Shown piece after piece: positions 18,914 through 27,328 of a DNA stretch of 38,126 nt. The translations under genes were made by a program, and so were the position numbers. Position 1 is the stretch's first letter. Each line of letters opens with the position of its first letter. Under the pieces are notes generated by a model, which saw only the letters and a program-made list of their open reading frames with translations, was not told where the DNA came from and made no database searches. Source of the DNA: a virus (lineage: Duplodnaviria > Caudoviricetes); IMG/VR virus record IMGVR_UViG_3300020045_002341, positions 1-38,126 of that record. One strand, given 5' to 3'.

Positions 18914-19159
18914 ATGAGAACGGAAAAGGAGCTACTCCAATTGCTATTGGATAATATAGATAAGCTTGAAACGGGTTTATGTTATTTGACTTATTTTCTT
19001 TGGGTTTACCATAACTCAATTTCTTATGATGAAAAACAAAAAATAACTCTTTATATAGAGTTAAAAGCACCTAAAAAGAGAAAGGATTGTTTTCATTGGA
19101 AGCCTAATGAAAAACAGCCACGCATTGAATGGTTAAAGTCACAAATCGAAAAACTATAA
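18914..19159 (+). CDS. Hypothetical protein
   Basis: 81 aa ORF in early operon. Confidence 0.65.
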   Translation: MRTEKELLQLLLDNIDKLETGLCYLTYFLWVYHNSISYDEKQKITLYIELKAPKKRKDCFHWKPNEKQPRIEWLKSQIEKL

Positions 19160-19161
19160 TT

Positions 19162-19365
19162 ATGAAAATAACAGGACACGGAAAGACTACAATTTCCACT
19201 AAATCAAACGATGTAACTGCATCAAATACTATCGGTAATAAAACACTGCCAAAGATAATCCAAACGCAACCTAATAAGGCTTATTTCGAATGCTTAGTTG
19301 AATTTCCATGCGGTCGACGTGAGTACATTAGCAAGCGTGAATATTTACAATTAAAACACGGTTAA
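19162..19365 (+). CDS. Hypothetical protein (start likely 19162)
   Basis: AATTATG start 2 nt after previous stop. Confidence 0.6.
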   Translation: MKITGHGKTTISTKSNDVTASNTIGNKTLPKIIQTQPNKAYFECLVEFPCGRREYISKREYLQLKHG

Positions 19366-19366
19366 T

Positions 19367-19513
19367 ATGCTAGAAGAAAAAGGAACAAAAACCTTGCTTT
19401 TATTTAGCGGGTTAATCGTATTAGTCTTAATGGCAATATCGTTTTGCGTGGGTTGCTATGTAGGAGCGAAACAACAAGAGAAAAAGCAGTGTGTAATTAG
19501 AATTGTAGAGTGA
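19367..19513 (+). CDS. 48-aa single-TM protein (not in ORF track)
   Basis: MLEEKGTKTLLLFSGLIVLVLMAISFCVGCYVG...; fills gap between neighbours. Confidence 0.6.
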   Translation: MLEEKGTKTLLLFSGLIVLVLMAISFCVGCYVGAKQQEKKQCVIRIVE

Positions 19514-19656
19514 TGAAGCAAACACCATACATACGCGCTAAACGTAGAGAAATGTGAGATTGCAACTATCTGCACTATGCCGACGGGAAGCCAATTAAAA
19601 AGCTAATTAGATTAAACTCTAAGATGCAAGTAGTAACAATTGAAATTAAGGTATGA
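19513..19656 (+). pseudogene. Small ORF interrupted by in-frame TGA at 19555
   Basis: MKQTPYIRAKRREM*DCNYLHYADGKPIKKLIRLNSKMQVVTIEIKV*; TGATG and ATGA overlaps at its ends. Confidence 0.55.
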
Positions 19657-19883
19657 ACAGAACAACAATTACCGTCGAGTGGGAAAGTCACACCGATTTT
19701 AGAAACGCGCTTGAACACGTGGCAATGAGTAATGAAATAGGTGTTCATTACAGTTCAAAAAATTTTGTAGTAAACTCAATAACAGAAATAAATGGTAACA
19801 CAACAACAATATACAGTCGCTTTAAAAATTGTTATAGAATATTCACAGCAAGAATTGCAAAGATTAGCAATCGGAAACGCTGA
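19653..19883 (+). CDS. Hypothetical protein
   Basis: 76 aa; overlaps next ORF by 92 nt. Confidence 0.5.
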   Translation: MNRTTITVEWESHTDFRNALEHVAMSNEIGVHYSSKNFVVNSITEINGNTTTIYSRFKNCYRIFTARIAKISNRKR

Positions 19884-20214
19884 ATTAATGCGCGAAGCTG
19901 AAAGGATGAATTCTATAATGGAAAGAGTTGAAAACATGGTAATCATGAAAGAACTTAGAAAAGTGACGCGTGTTCGTGAAGTAGTTACAATTAGACAATC
20001 TTTAATGTGGTGGATACGTGAAAATACAGATTTGACTTTTAATGCAATAGGAAGCCTATTAATGGCAAAAGGAGCAAAAGATAGCACTAAACATTGTAAT
20101 GCACTTCATGCTCATAAAATTTGTAGTAAGGTGACAAGAAAAATTGACAGTAAACTATTTGAAGCTAAACAATGGGTATCTATTGAAATGGCTGGACTAG
20201 AAAAAAGAAAATAA
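19792..20214 (+). CDS. DnaA C-terminal-domain-like HTH DNA-binding protein
   Basis: RVREVVTIRQSLMWWIRENTDLTFNAIG...HCNALHA resembles DnaA domain IV. Confidence 0.65.
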   Translation: MVTQQQYTVALKIVIEYSQQELQRLAIGNAELMREAERMNSIMERVENMVIMKELRKVTRVREVVTIRQSLMWWIRENTDLTFNAIGSLLMAKGAKDSTKHCNALHAHKICSKVTRKIDSKLFEAKQWVSIEMAGLEKRK

Positions 20215-20216
20215 CA

Positions 20217-20498
20217 ATGGAAGAAGAACAAAACCGAGTGATAAAACAAATGTTATTGATTATCTTTACATTACAAAGTTGTTTGCACTTGCTTGATGAA
20301 CTACCAGAAAACAGTCCGTTTAAGCAACAAAGAAAACTTGAATACAACAAATGCTTGTTACAGTTGCAAAAGTTCGTTAAATCGTGTGAAATCGACTTAA
20401 ATAGCATTACGGCAATACTTGAGGGAAGCGAGCAAAACTATATCGACGTTGTAAGTAGCATTGATAAGTTCATTAACACAATAGAAGTTAAACTTTAA
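20217..20498 (+). CDS. Hypothetical protein
   Basis: 93 aa ORF. Confidence 0.6.
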   Translation: MEEEQNRVIKQMLLIIFTLQSCLHLLDELPENSPFKQQRKLEYNKCLLQLQKFVKSCEIDLNSITAILEGSEQNYIDVVSSIDKFINTIEVKL

Positions 20499-20510
20499 AA
20501 TCAAATAAAT

Positions 20511-20876
20511 ATGTTCAAATTAACAGGAACTTTAAAAGTCAAAAACGATACCGTTGTATTATCGGATAAATTCAGCAAACGTGAATTTGTAATTACCGAT
20601 AATTCGAGTATGTACCCACAAGATATTCTATTTCAACTAACGCAAGATAAATGTGCTTTGTTAGATAGTTTTGAAGTAGGTAAAGCAATTGAAGTATCAT
20701 TTAATCTTAATGGTAGAGAATGGATTTCACCACAAGGAGAAACACGTTACTTTAATACCCTTAACGCATGGAAATTAGAGGGCGCGCAAATTCCACAAAC
20801 AACACCAACGGCAAACGCACCGATTCCGAGTACACCAATTGGAAATGATGAACTAACGGATTCATTGCCATTTTAA
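20511..20876 (+). CDS. DUF3127 family SSB-like protein
   Basis: KREFVI...YPQ...SFNLNGREW...YFNTLNAWK with acidic DSLPF tail. Confidence 0.85.
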   Translation: MFKLTGTLKVKNDTVVLSDKFSKREFVITDNSSMYPQDILFQLTQDKCALLDSFEVGKAIEVSFNLNGREWISPQGETRYFNTLNAWKLEGAQIPQTTPTANAPIPSTPIGNDELTDSLPF

Positions 20877-20884
20877 CATTAACC

Positions 20885-20913
20885 AAGCGCGGGTGGATTC
20901 ATTCGCGCTTTTT
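20885..20913 (+). terminator. Intrinsic terminator
   Basis: AAGCGCGGGTG...CATTCGCGCTT plus T tract. Confidence 0.7.
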
Positions 20914-20983
20914 ACCACTCAACACTTTATCCAACCACTCAACACAATTTTAAACAAAACACTTTGAAGTTGGTGTATGTTTG
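20914..20983 (+). promoter_or_regulatory. Double-box promoter copy 3
   Basis: ACCACTCAACAC at 20914 and 20934; TATGTTTG at 20976. Confidence 0.75.
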
Positions 20984-21007
20984 TTGGGTAATTAAAAACA
21001 AGAAATT

Positions 21008-21241
21008 ATGGATTTAATAATGAAATTAATTAAAAACGAGCAAATAACAGATAAGGATTTAGCTTGGGAATTGTATGATATCTGCGATAGTGTTCATTCG
21101 AGTTGTAACTCTGATTGTCCTGTTTATGAATTAAACGGTAATAGCGTTCCAGATACAGCTAATGATTGGAAAGTAAATAGAGGTTGTGACTGTTTTAAAA
21201 ATGGTGATGAAATGTTATCCTTTATTCGTTCTAAAATATAA
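21008..21241 (+). CDS. Cys-rich hypothetical protein
   Basis: 77 aa, five Cys plus His, possible metal binding. Confidence 0.6.
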   Translation: MDLIMKLIKNEQITDKDLAWELYDICDSVHSSCNSDCPVYELNGNSVPDTANDWKVNRGCDCFKNGDEMLSFIRSKI

Positions 21242-21248
21242 TGTGACC

Positions 21249-21518
21249 ATGAAATCACTAACTAAACAACCAACACAAAGCGACCTTTTAACGCTTTCAA
21301 AATATGAAGCGAGTAGAAACATACGCGCGACACGTTTTAGCCATGCAGAACTATCGCAAATGACGTTAAAAAGCTATGTAGCTAAGAAAGGAATAGGTAG
21401 CAGAAAAGATGTAACACCTGACAACTTCGACCAGATTATAAAATTCAAGCGAGTTGGTGATGCAATGCAAGCGGTTGGACTGGTAGGAAATGAACCGACA
21501 CTTTTAATTTTGGAATGA
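21249..21518 (+). CDS. Hypothetical protein (start likely 21249)
   Basis: ORF coupled to the methyltransferase gene. Confidence 0.55.
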   Translation: MKSLTKQPTQSDLLTLSKYEASRNIRATRFSHAELSQMTLKSYVAKKGIGSRKDVTPDNFDQIIKFKRVGDAMQAVGLVGNEPTLLILE

Positions 21519-22219
21519 TGAAGAAATACAAAGTATTAAACCTATACGCTTGTCTTGGTGGCAATCGTTACAAGTGGGATGAAGTAGCAAAAGAAGCTGG
21601 AATAGATTTAGAGGTTACGGCTGTTGAACTTGATGGTGAATTATCAAGATTGTACCTGGAAAGATTCCCAAATGATATAGTTATTATAACTGATGCTCAC
21701 CAATATTTGTTAGACCATTACAAAGAATTTGATTTTGTATGGAGTTCTCCACCCTGCCCAAGTCATTCATCTGTTAGAATAAGTCAAAAGAATAGAGATT
21801 CTTTTACTGCTGTTTATCCGGATATGAAACTTTATGAAGAAATCATTTTTTTAGATAATTATTTCAATGGTAAATATGTAGTGGAAAATGTAATACCATT
21901 TTACGAACCATTAATTAAATATCAAAAAAGAGGAAGGCATTTATATTGGTCTAATTTCATGTTACCTAGCGATGTTAACGAAAGATTAGATGGCAAGGGA
22001 TTGATTTCTACAGCAAAAGATGAAGTAAATAAACTTTGTGCGTTCCACGAAATAGATAAAAACTTCCTTGATACTTACAAAGGGATTCAATCAAAGGTTA
22101 AATTAGTTAGAAACTTAGTTGATTATTCTGTTGGAAAAACAATATTTCAAACAGCTTTAGGAATATTCAAAAAACAAAACGAAAATCAAATTAGCATATT
22201 TGACCAAATACCGGAATGA
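21515..22219 (+). CDS. C5-cytosine DNA methyltransferase (short phage type)
   Basis: Motif I-like LNLYACLGG, catalytic SPPC, ENV. Confidence 0.85.
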   Translation: MMKKYKVLNLYACLGGNRYKWDEVAKEAGIDLEVTAVELDGELSRLYLERFPNDIVIITDAHQYLLDHYKEFDFVWSSPPCPSHSSVRISQKNRDSFTAVYPDMKLYEEIIFLDNYFNGKYVVENVIPFYEPLIKYQKRGRHLYWSNFMLPSDVNERLDGKGLISTAKDEVNKLCAFHEIDKNFLDTYKGIQSKVKLVRNLVDYSVGKTIFQTALGIFKKQNENQISIFDQIPE

Positions 22220-22599
22220 TGAAACACCCAGAATACGATTTACAAGTAGCGGTTTGTGAGTATTTGAATTTACAGTACCCAAAATTAATGTACACTAGCG
22301 ATACAATAGCTTCTATTAAGTTAACACCACAACAAGCAAGTCGAAACAAGAAGATTCAAAAGGATGGCTTTAAAATGCCTGATGTTTTGATATTCGAACC
22401 GCGTAGTAAATTCCATGGATTATTCATCGAACTAAAAGTTGATTCACCTTGGAAGAAAGATGGAACGCTAAAGAAGAACGAACACTTAGAGGGGCAATGG
22501 AAAACGATTTTAGACCTAGTTTCTAAAGGGTACTATGCCGACTTCGCAACGGGGTTCGATGAAGCAAAAGAAAAAATTGATTGGTATATGAATTTGTAA
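22216..22599 (+). CDS. VRR-NUC-like nuclease / resolvase
   Basis: E-x2-LQ...PDVLI...GLFIELK...Q PD-(D/E)xK signature. Confidence 0.8.
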   Translation: MMKHPEYDLQVAVCEYLNLQYPKLMYTSDTIASIKLTPQQASRNKKIQKDGFKMPDVLIFEPRSKFHGLFIELKVDSPWKKDGTLKKNEHLEGQWKTILDLVSKGYYADFATGFDEAKEKIDWYMNL

Positions 22600-22609
22600 G
22601 AATAATTCG

Positions 22610-22730
22610 TATATTTGTGAATAGTCTATACATCCACAGACTTAAAAAAAATTATTATAAGCCTTGGAATTTCAAACGGAGTGGATGCTGTTTGTCTTTT
22701 CAGGGCTTTATCATTTAATACATCCACTGA
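22610..22730 (+). promoter_or_regulatory. Promoter and structured leader RNA of replication gene
   Basis: TATATTTG at 22610; hairpin loops ATACATCCAC and AGTGGATG are complementary; second ATACATCCAC at 22718. Confidence 0.65.
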
Positions 22731-23612
22731 ATGGCACGACCAGAACGAAAAACAGTCGATTATTTTCCGCACTACATTAGTGACGGAAAGAAAATGTTCT
22801 ACATAGAACAAAAATACGGTAACGATGGATACGCTACATGGTTTAAGATTTTAGAATCTTTAGCAAGTACTGATAACCATTTCTTGAACCTATCTAATAA
22901 AATGGATTTACTATTTCTTAGCGCAAAATGTAGAGTTTCAGATTCAATCATTTTAGAAATACTAAATGACCTTTCTGAATTAGGAGAAATAGATGATTTC
23001 CTTTGGATGAATAAGATTGTGTACTCACAAAAATTTATTGATTCAATACAAGATGCTTATATGCGTAGGAATAATAAATGTATGAGTTACGAAGATTTCT
23101 GTATACATTTTTCTAGTTTATGTACTACAATAACTAAGTTACAGTATGATAAAAAGAACGGTAATACACAAAGTATATTAAACAATAATAAATCAAATCA
23201 TACTAAACAAAATAATATTAAAGAAAAAGAAAATAAATTATTACTCTTTGATTCATGGTGGCATCAATATTCTTATAAACATGATTCAGCAAAGTGTAAA
23301 GAATTATGGTGTAAACTTTCATTTGAAGAAATAAACAAAATTTTAGAAGTAGTTTCCGATTATGTTAAATCTACACCTGATAAAACATATAGGCTTAAAC
23401 CTATGAACTACTTGAAACGTGAAGCATGGAATAACGAAATAATAATTAAAACCTTAAACAATGGAACTACAAACAACCAACAACAGAAACGAACTCTCGA
23501 ACAACAAGCAGAAGACATTACAGCCAGAATTTTTGGCCATGGTTCAGGACAAAATCAAAACCCAACAAACACCGATAACGGTGTCGAAGACATTGATTTC
23601 GTCTTTTCTTAA
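22731..23612 (+). CDS. Replication initiator (DUF4373/Lin1244-like N-terminus)
   Basis: MARP...DYFPH...KYGNDGYATWFKILE N-terminus, Asn/Lys linker, F-x2-WW-x2-Y...P-x-NYL C-terminal domain. Confidence 0.8.
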   Translation: MARPERKTVDYFPHYISDGKKMFYIEQKYGNDGYATWFKILESLASTDNHFLNLSNKMDLLFLSAKCRVSDSIILEILNDLSELGEIDDFLWMNKIVYSQKFIDSIQDAYMRRNNKCMSYEDFCIHFSSLCTTITKLQYDKKNGNTQSILNNNKSNHTKQNNIKEKENKLLLFDSWWHQYSYKHDSAKCKELWCKLSFEEINKILEVVSDYVKSTPDKTYRLKPMNYLKREAWNNEIIIKTLNNGTTNNQQQKRTLEQQAEDITARIFGHGSGQNQNPTNTDNGVEDIDFVFS

Positions 23613-24261
23613 AGAAGATAACGAGTTTTGCGCTTTGGATTTAGATAGACTCGCAAAGGCATTTGTTTACATTACACGCGTTTACTATGGCTTAAATCCT
23701 GATAACGTTGCAGACGATGTTTACCGTGTTGTAATAGCTGAAATAATCAACAAATATAAAACGCTTACTTTTCTACAACTTAATTTAGCATACTCAGAAC
23801 GCACGATTGAAAAGCGACAAGGTGTTTCCCTTACTAAGGGGGAGTTAATGCAACCAATCGAAGATATGTGGCATAAAAAGGGGGTTGTTGAATCTATTGC
23901 GAAACAAAACTTATCAGATTTTGAAGAAAAACAGAACGCTTTTCAAATTGCACAACAATTCAAAGAAGACGCAATGAGTATTTACTTACAAGATTTAGCA
24001 AATAAAAACAAGGTTTACAGCGGTTCGGATTTTCAGGCAAGTTCTTTCGCTAAAAACTTTGAGGAACTATTTACACCTGACGAATTAGAAGCGTTTAAAT
24101 TGGATGCTAAACGTTTACACCGTGAACTAAGTTTTCAATTTGAAAATTCAAAGGAGATTATCAATTTACCGCCAGCTGGTGAAGATAAGATTTATTGCAA
24201 GGTACTACTTAACAACGCCTTAAATCGTGGAATGAATGGATATTTACTAATTAAAGATTGA
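23461..24261 (+). CDS. Hypothetical protein, possible helicase-loader-like partner
   Basis: 266 aa after initiator, 152-nt overlap; function from synteny only. Confidence 0.45.
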   Translation: MELQTTNNRNELSNNKQKTLQPEFLAMVQDKIKTQQTPITVSKTLISSFLKEDNEFCALDLDRLAKAFVYITRVYYGLNPDNVADDVYRVVIAEIINKYKTLTFLQLNLAYSERTIEKRQGVSLTKGELMQPIEDMWHKKGVVESIAKQNLSDFEEKQNAFQIAQQFKEDAMSIYLQDLANKNKVYSGSDFQASSFAKNFEELFTPDELEAFKLDAKRLHRELSFQFENSKEIINLPPAGEDKIYCKVLLNNALNRGMNGYLLIKD

Positions 24262-24264
24262 GTT

Positions 24265-24450
24265 ATGACAGATGAAGAAAAAGCATTTTTTAATGCTAAA
24301 AGTCTAAAGTTAGAGATTGATTATACAAGAAAAAAACTTGCTTTGACTAATAAACTAAACGAATTAAATAGTCAGTATAGTAAAGATTTAAAGGATTTTA
24401 TTTCAGAAATTGAAGAGTATAAAAAGCAGAAAAATAGAAACATTAATTAA
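24265..24450 (+). CDS. Hypothetical coiled-coil protein
   Basis: 61 aa ORF. Confidence 0.55.
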   Translation: MTDEEKAFFNAKSLKLEIDYTRKKLALTNKLNELNSQYSKDLKDFISEIEEYKKQKNRNIN

Positions 24451-24502
24451 CGGGGAATTATGAAAGAAGAACTTTTAAAAATGGGTTACTCATTAAAGTA
24501 AA

Positions 24503-24782
24503 AACCGCTTATAAACTAAAATAATTAATATGAAAAATGAAATTTATGCAGTAATAGCATACAGATATGGAGATAATGAAAAGCACTCTTATACAATTGG
24601 CGTGTTCAATAAAAAACATGCAGCTATAAAGTGTGCTGATAGTCATACCGAATACAGAGATGGTAAATATTCATGTGTTGTTGAAAAGTGTTTGTTAAAT
24701 GAATTTGATAATATTTCAAGTGACTATACAACTGAAATTTACAGAACAAAGTCAAGGGGGTCAATTAACCGCTTATAAACTA
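24503..24782. repeat. 16-bp direct repeat AACCGCTTATAAACTA flanking ORF 24530-24778
   Basis: Exact copies at 24503-24518 and 24767-24782. Confidence 0.85.
24530..24778 (+). CDS. Hypothetical protein
   Basis: 82 aa ORF. Confidence 0.65.
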   Translation: MKNEIYAVIAYRYGDNEKHSYTIGVFNKKHAAIKCADSHTEYRDGKYSCVVEKCLLNEFDNISSDYTTEIYRTKSRGSINRL

Positions 24783-24837
24783 TTCTAACCGTCCATCACA
24801 ATATTGAAAAATTGCCCGTGGTGAATGGTTAGATTTG
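24768..24837 (+). promoter_or_regulatory. Double-box promoter copy 4
   Basis: ACCGCTTATAAA (24768), ACCGTCCATCAC (24788), TAGATTTG (24830). Confidence 0.7.
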
Positions 24838-24858
24838 TTGAAACTTAAAAAAGGAATT

Positions 24859-25386
24859 ATGAAAACATTAAATTTAAGAGATGAAAATTATAATTGGAAA
24901 TCATTTCAATATAATGATTTATCTGAATTAAAATCTGAATTAGAAAATAGGAAAATTTTAATTGGTGACGATGCTTCGATTGGTGACGATGCTTCGATTG
25001 GTAACCGTGCTTCGATTGGTGACGATGCTTCGATTGGTAACCGTGCTTCGATTGGTGACGATGCTTCGATTGGTGACGATGCTTCGATTGGTGACGATGC
25101 TTCGATTGGTAACCGTGCTTCGATTGGTGACGATGCTTCGATTGGTGACGGTATTAAACTAATTACAGGAATTTACTTTAATGGCTCAAATCATTCAGTT
25201 ACATACGTTGGAGAAAATAAAATTTCAATAGGATGCAAATGTTTTTCAATTGACGAATGGAAGAATAAATTTAAAGAAATTGGAGAAAATAACAATTATT
25301 CCGAAGAGCAAATAAAAGAGTACGAAAATTACATTTTACTAATTGAGCAATTTGTTAAAATACAAGAAGAAGCAACAACAATTTAA
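24859..25386 (+). CDS. Hexapeptide-repeat (left-handed beta-helix) protein
   Basis: (IGDDAS/IGNRAS) x10 followed by SIGC...W domain. Confidence 0.8.
   Translation: MKTLNLRDENYNWKSFQYNDLSELKSELENRKILIGDDASIGDDASIGNRASIGDDASIGNRASIGDDASIGDDASIGDDASIGNRASIGDDASIGDGIKLITGIYFNGSNHSVTYVGENKISIGCKCFSIDEWKNKFKEIGENNNYSEEQIKEYENYILLIEQFVKIQEEATTI
24961..25150 (+). repeat. 18-bp coding tandem repeat, about 10.5 copies
   Basis: ATTGGTGACGATGCTTCG x7 and ATTGGTAACCGTGCTTCG x3. Confidence 0.95.
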
Positions 25387-25396
25387 ACTAAGAATT

Positions 25397-25963
25397 ATGA
25401 ACGAATTAGAAATTGACTTAGGCGTTACGATTGTCCCTAAGTCAGACCAATTAAACGCGGATGATTTAATTGCTGGAGCGCGTACAATTCGAATACGCGA
25501 CATGAAGCAAACGGAAAGCGAAACGCAACCGATTAGTATTTACTTTGATGGTGACAATAATAAGCCTTATAAGCCATCAAAAGGAATGCGTAGGGTATTA
25601 GTTCAACTTTGGGGAACTAAAGGTAAAGAGTATGTTGGACGAAGCCTAACACTATTTCGGGATGAAACAGTTAAATTTTCTGGCGCAGAAGTAGGTGGAA
25701 TTGTTATAAGCCATGCAAGCCATATTCAAGGTGTTAAAAAGCTATCTATTACAGTTGCAAGAAGTAAAAAAAAGATGTTTACTATTACACCTATTGACTA
25801 TATCGCACCTGCGCCAATTGACCCGACAAATGCAATTAGTATTTTGAACGAATCGAAAACATTATCTGAACTTAAATCGAATTGGAGCAAGTTAAATAAA
25901 GATGAACAATCTTTACCAATTATATTGGCTGTTAAAGATAAATTGAAAGGAGAATTAGCATGA
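25397..25963 (+). CDS. Putative recombination (single-strand annealing-type) protein
   Basis: KSDQLNADDL motif; coupled to YqaJ exonuclease; function inferred from pairing. Confidence 0.5.
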   Translation: MNELEIDLGVTIVPKSDQLNADDLIAGARTIRIRDMKQTESETQPISIYFDGDNNKPYKPSKGMRRVLVQLWGTKGKEYVGRSLTLFRDETVKFSGAEVGGIVISHASHIQGVKKLSITVARSKKKMFTITPIDYIAPAPIDPTNAISILNESKTLSELKSNWSKLNKDEQSLPIILAVKDKLKGELA

Positions 25964-26607
25964 TAGCATACAAAGATATAATTCAAGGTAGCGAGGAATG
26001 GCACGCTATTAAGTGGGGTAAAATTGGTGGTACACTTTCGAAAGGATTGTTTGTTAAATCAGATACACTATTAATTGACATACTTTCACAGCGTTTAGAA
26101 GAATTTGACTTTATCGAATCGTTTACATCCGATGCTATGGAGCGAGGTAATGAATTAGAGCCAGAAGCGCGCGAGTATTTGAATCAATACACAGGTTTAA
26201 CATTTGAGGAATATGGATGGTTACAAAGCGAGAAAAACGAATTACTAGGTATTTCACCAGATGGAATGACAAGTGATGAAACAATGGCTTGTGAAATTAA
26301 ATGTTTTGGACGTAAGAAGCACATGGAAGTACTTTTAAGCCAAGAAATACCTTTAGAACATATTGCACAATGTGTTCATTATTTCACGGTCAATCCAAAG
26401 TTACAGAAGCTATATTTTATTGCTTACAGACCCGAAGCACCTAAACACTTCATTAAAGAGTTAACACGTGAATCAATGCTTAATTTTGGAACTAAAGCTA
26501 AGCCGGTATTAGAATCAATAGATGAAGCTATAAAAGTAGCACTAAAAGAAGCAAACACATTACTCAAGCAAATTAACGAGAAAACAAAACAACTAAACGA
26601 TTTTTAA
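25960..26607 (+). CDS. YqaJ/lambda-exonuclease family protein
   Basis: QGSEEW...G-x2-LEP-x-AR...SPDG...EIKC...Q motifs. Confidence 0.9.
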   Translation: MIAYKDIIQGSEEWHAIKWGKIGGTLSKGLFVKSDTLLIDILSQRLEEFDFIESFTSDAMERGNELEPEAREYLNQYTGLTFEEYGWLQSEKNELLGISPDGMTSDETMACEIKCFGRKKHMEVLLSQEIPLEHIAQCVHYFTVNPKLQKLYFIAYRPEAPKHFIKELTRESMLNFGTKAKPVLESIDEAIKVALKEANTLLKQINEKTKQLNDF

Positions 26608-26608
26608 C

Positions 26609-26842
26609 ATGGAAAACGGAAACACACCAATTAACCCTACAGAAATATATAGCGAACGTGGATTTAAAATTGGAAAATACGATGGCTTAACAAAACGAGA
26701 ATATTTTGCAAGTTTGGCTATGCAAGGTATGTTGTCAAATTCATCTTTAGTCAAATCAATAAACACAAGAGATGGAATCGAAATATTATCAGAAACTTCA
26801 TTAATATTTGCAGACGAAATTTTAAAACAACTTGATAAATAA
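26609..26842 (+). CDS. Conserved phage hypothetical protein
   Basis: GLTKREYFA-x2-AMQG...AD motif common in phage early genes. Confidence 0.7.
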   Translation: MENGNTPINPTEIYSERGFKIGKYDGLTKREYFASLAMQGMLSNSSLVKSINTRDGIEILSETSLIFADEILKQLDK

Positions 26843-26847
26843 ATAAC

Positions 26848-27045
26848 ATGGAAAACGACAGAAAAAAAGAGGTTGAAATTATACTAAAATCAATCGCGAA
26901 AGATTTGATTACCGATTCTACTATTATTGCAGAGGGGGAAATGAGCAAGAAAGCGAGGGATTTAATGGTTGCTAATTGTGAAAGATTCATTGACTACAAT
27001 AAGCAGTTGGATATTTTAAGTGGGAAAAATAGTGTTAGGGGTTAA
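26848..27045 (+). CDS. Hypothetical protein
   Basis: 65 aa; stop codon lies inside GTTAAC at the cassette junction. Confidence 0.6.
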   Translation: MENDRKKEVEIILKSIAKDLITDSTIIAEGEMSKKARDLMVANCERFIDYNKQLDILSGKNSVRG

Positions 27046-27328
27046 CGGTTTCGGGCTTTGCGTTCGGCAGGGCTTAGAAGCACAAAAGATTAATTAACAA
27101 CTAAAATTCAATAGAATGAAAAAAGATGGATTAACAAACGAAACCCCTGCTAATGCAAAACCCGTGTTAGCGGTTCGTACCTGTGAAGGTTCATGTGAAA
27201 TTCACAAGGGCGAAGTGATACCTGTAATAATTGAAGGACACGGATGGGATGGCACAAATTTCAACTATTGCCAAGGGGCAATAGAGGAAGATGAACGCAG
27301 GGGATTTGTCTTAAGGCATGACCGATAA
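27046..27328. mobile_element. Integron-cassette-like unit A
   Basis: Hairpin 27043-27169; GTTAGCGGT (27166) complementary 8/9 to ACCGATAAC (27321). Confidence 0.7.
27116..27328 (+). CDS. Cassette-borne hypothetical protein, possible Zn-binding
   Basis: 70 aa, C-x3-C-x2-H...C; start inside hairpin loop. Confidence 0.65.
   Translation: MKKDGLTNETPANAKPVLAVRTCEGSCEIHKGEVIPVIIEGHGWDGTNFNYCQGAIEEDERRGFVLRHDR

Noticed and set aside
19555-19557. Genome-wide stop-codon reassignment
   Set aside because: Standard code gives dense intact genes, and TGA terminates several of them
23100-23250. Replication origin iterons in the initiator gene
   Set aside because: AT-rich linker present but no clear repeated iterons; plausible, unsupported
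24961-25150. Possible CRISPR array or DGR repeat
   Set aside because: Contiguous in-frame 18-bp units without unique spacers; no cas or reverse transcriptase gene
24962-25162. Alternative-frame ORF (VTMLRL)n
   Set aside because: By-product of the tandem repeat
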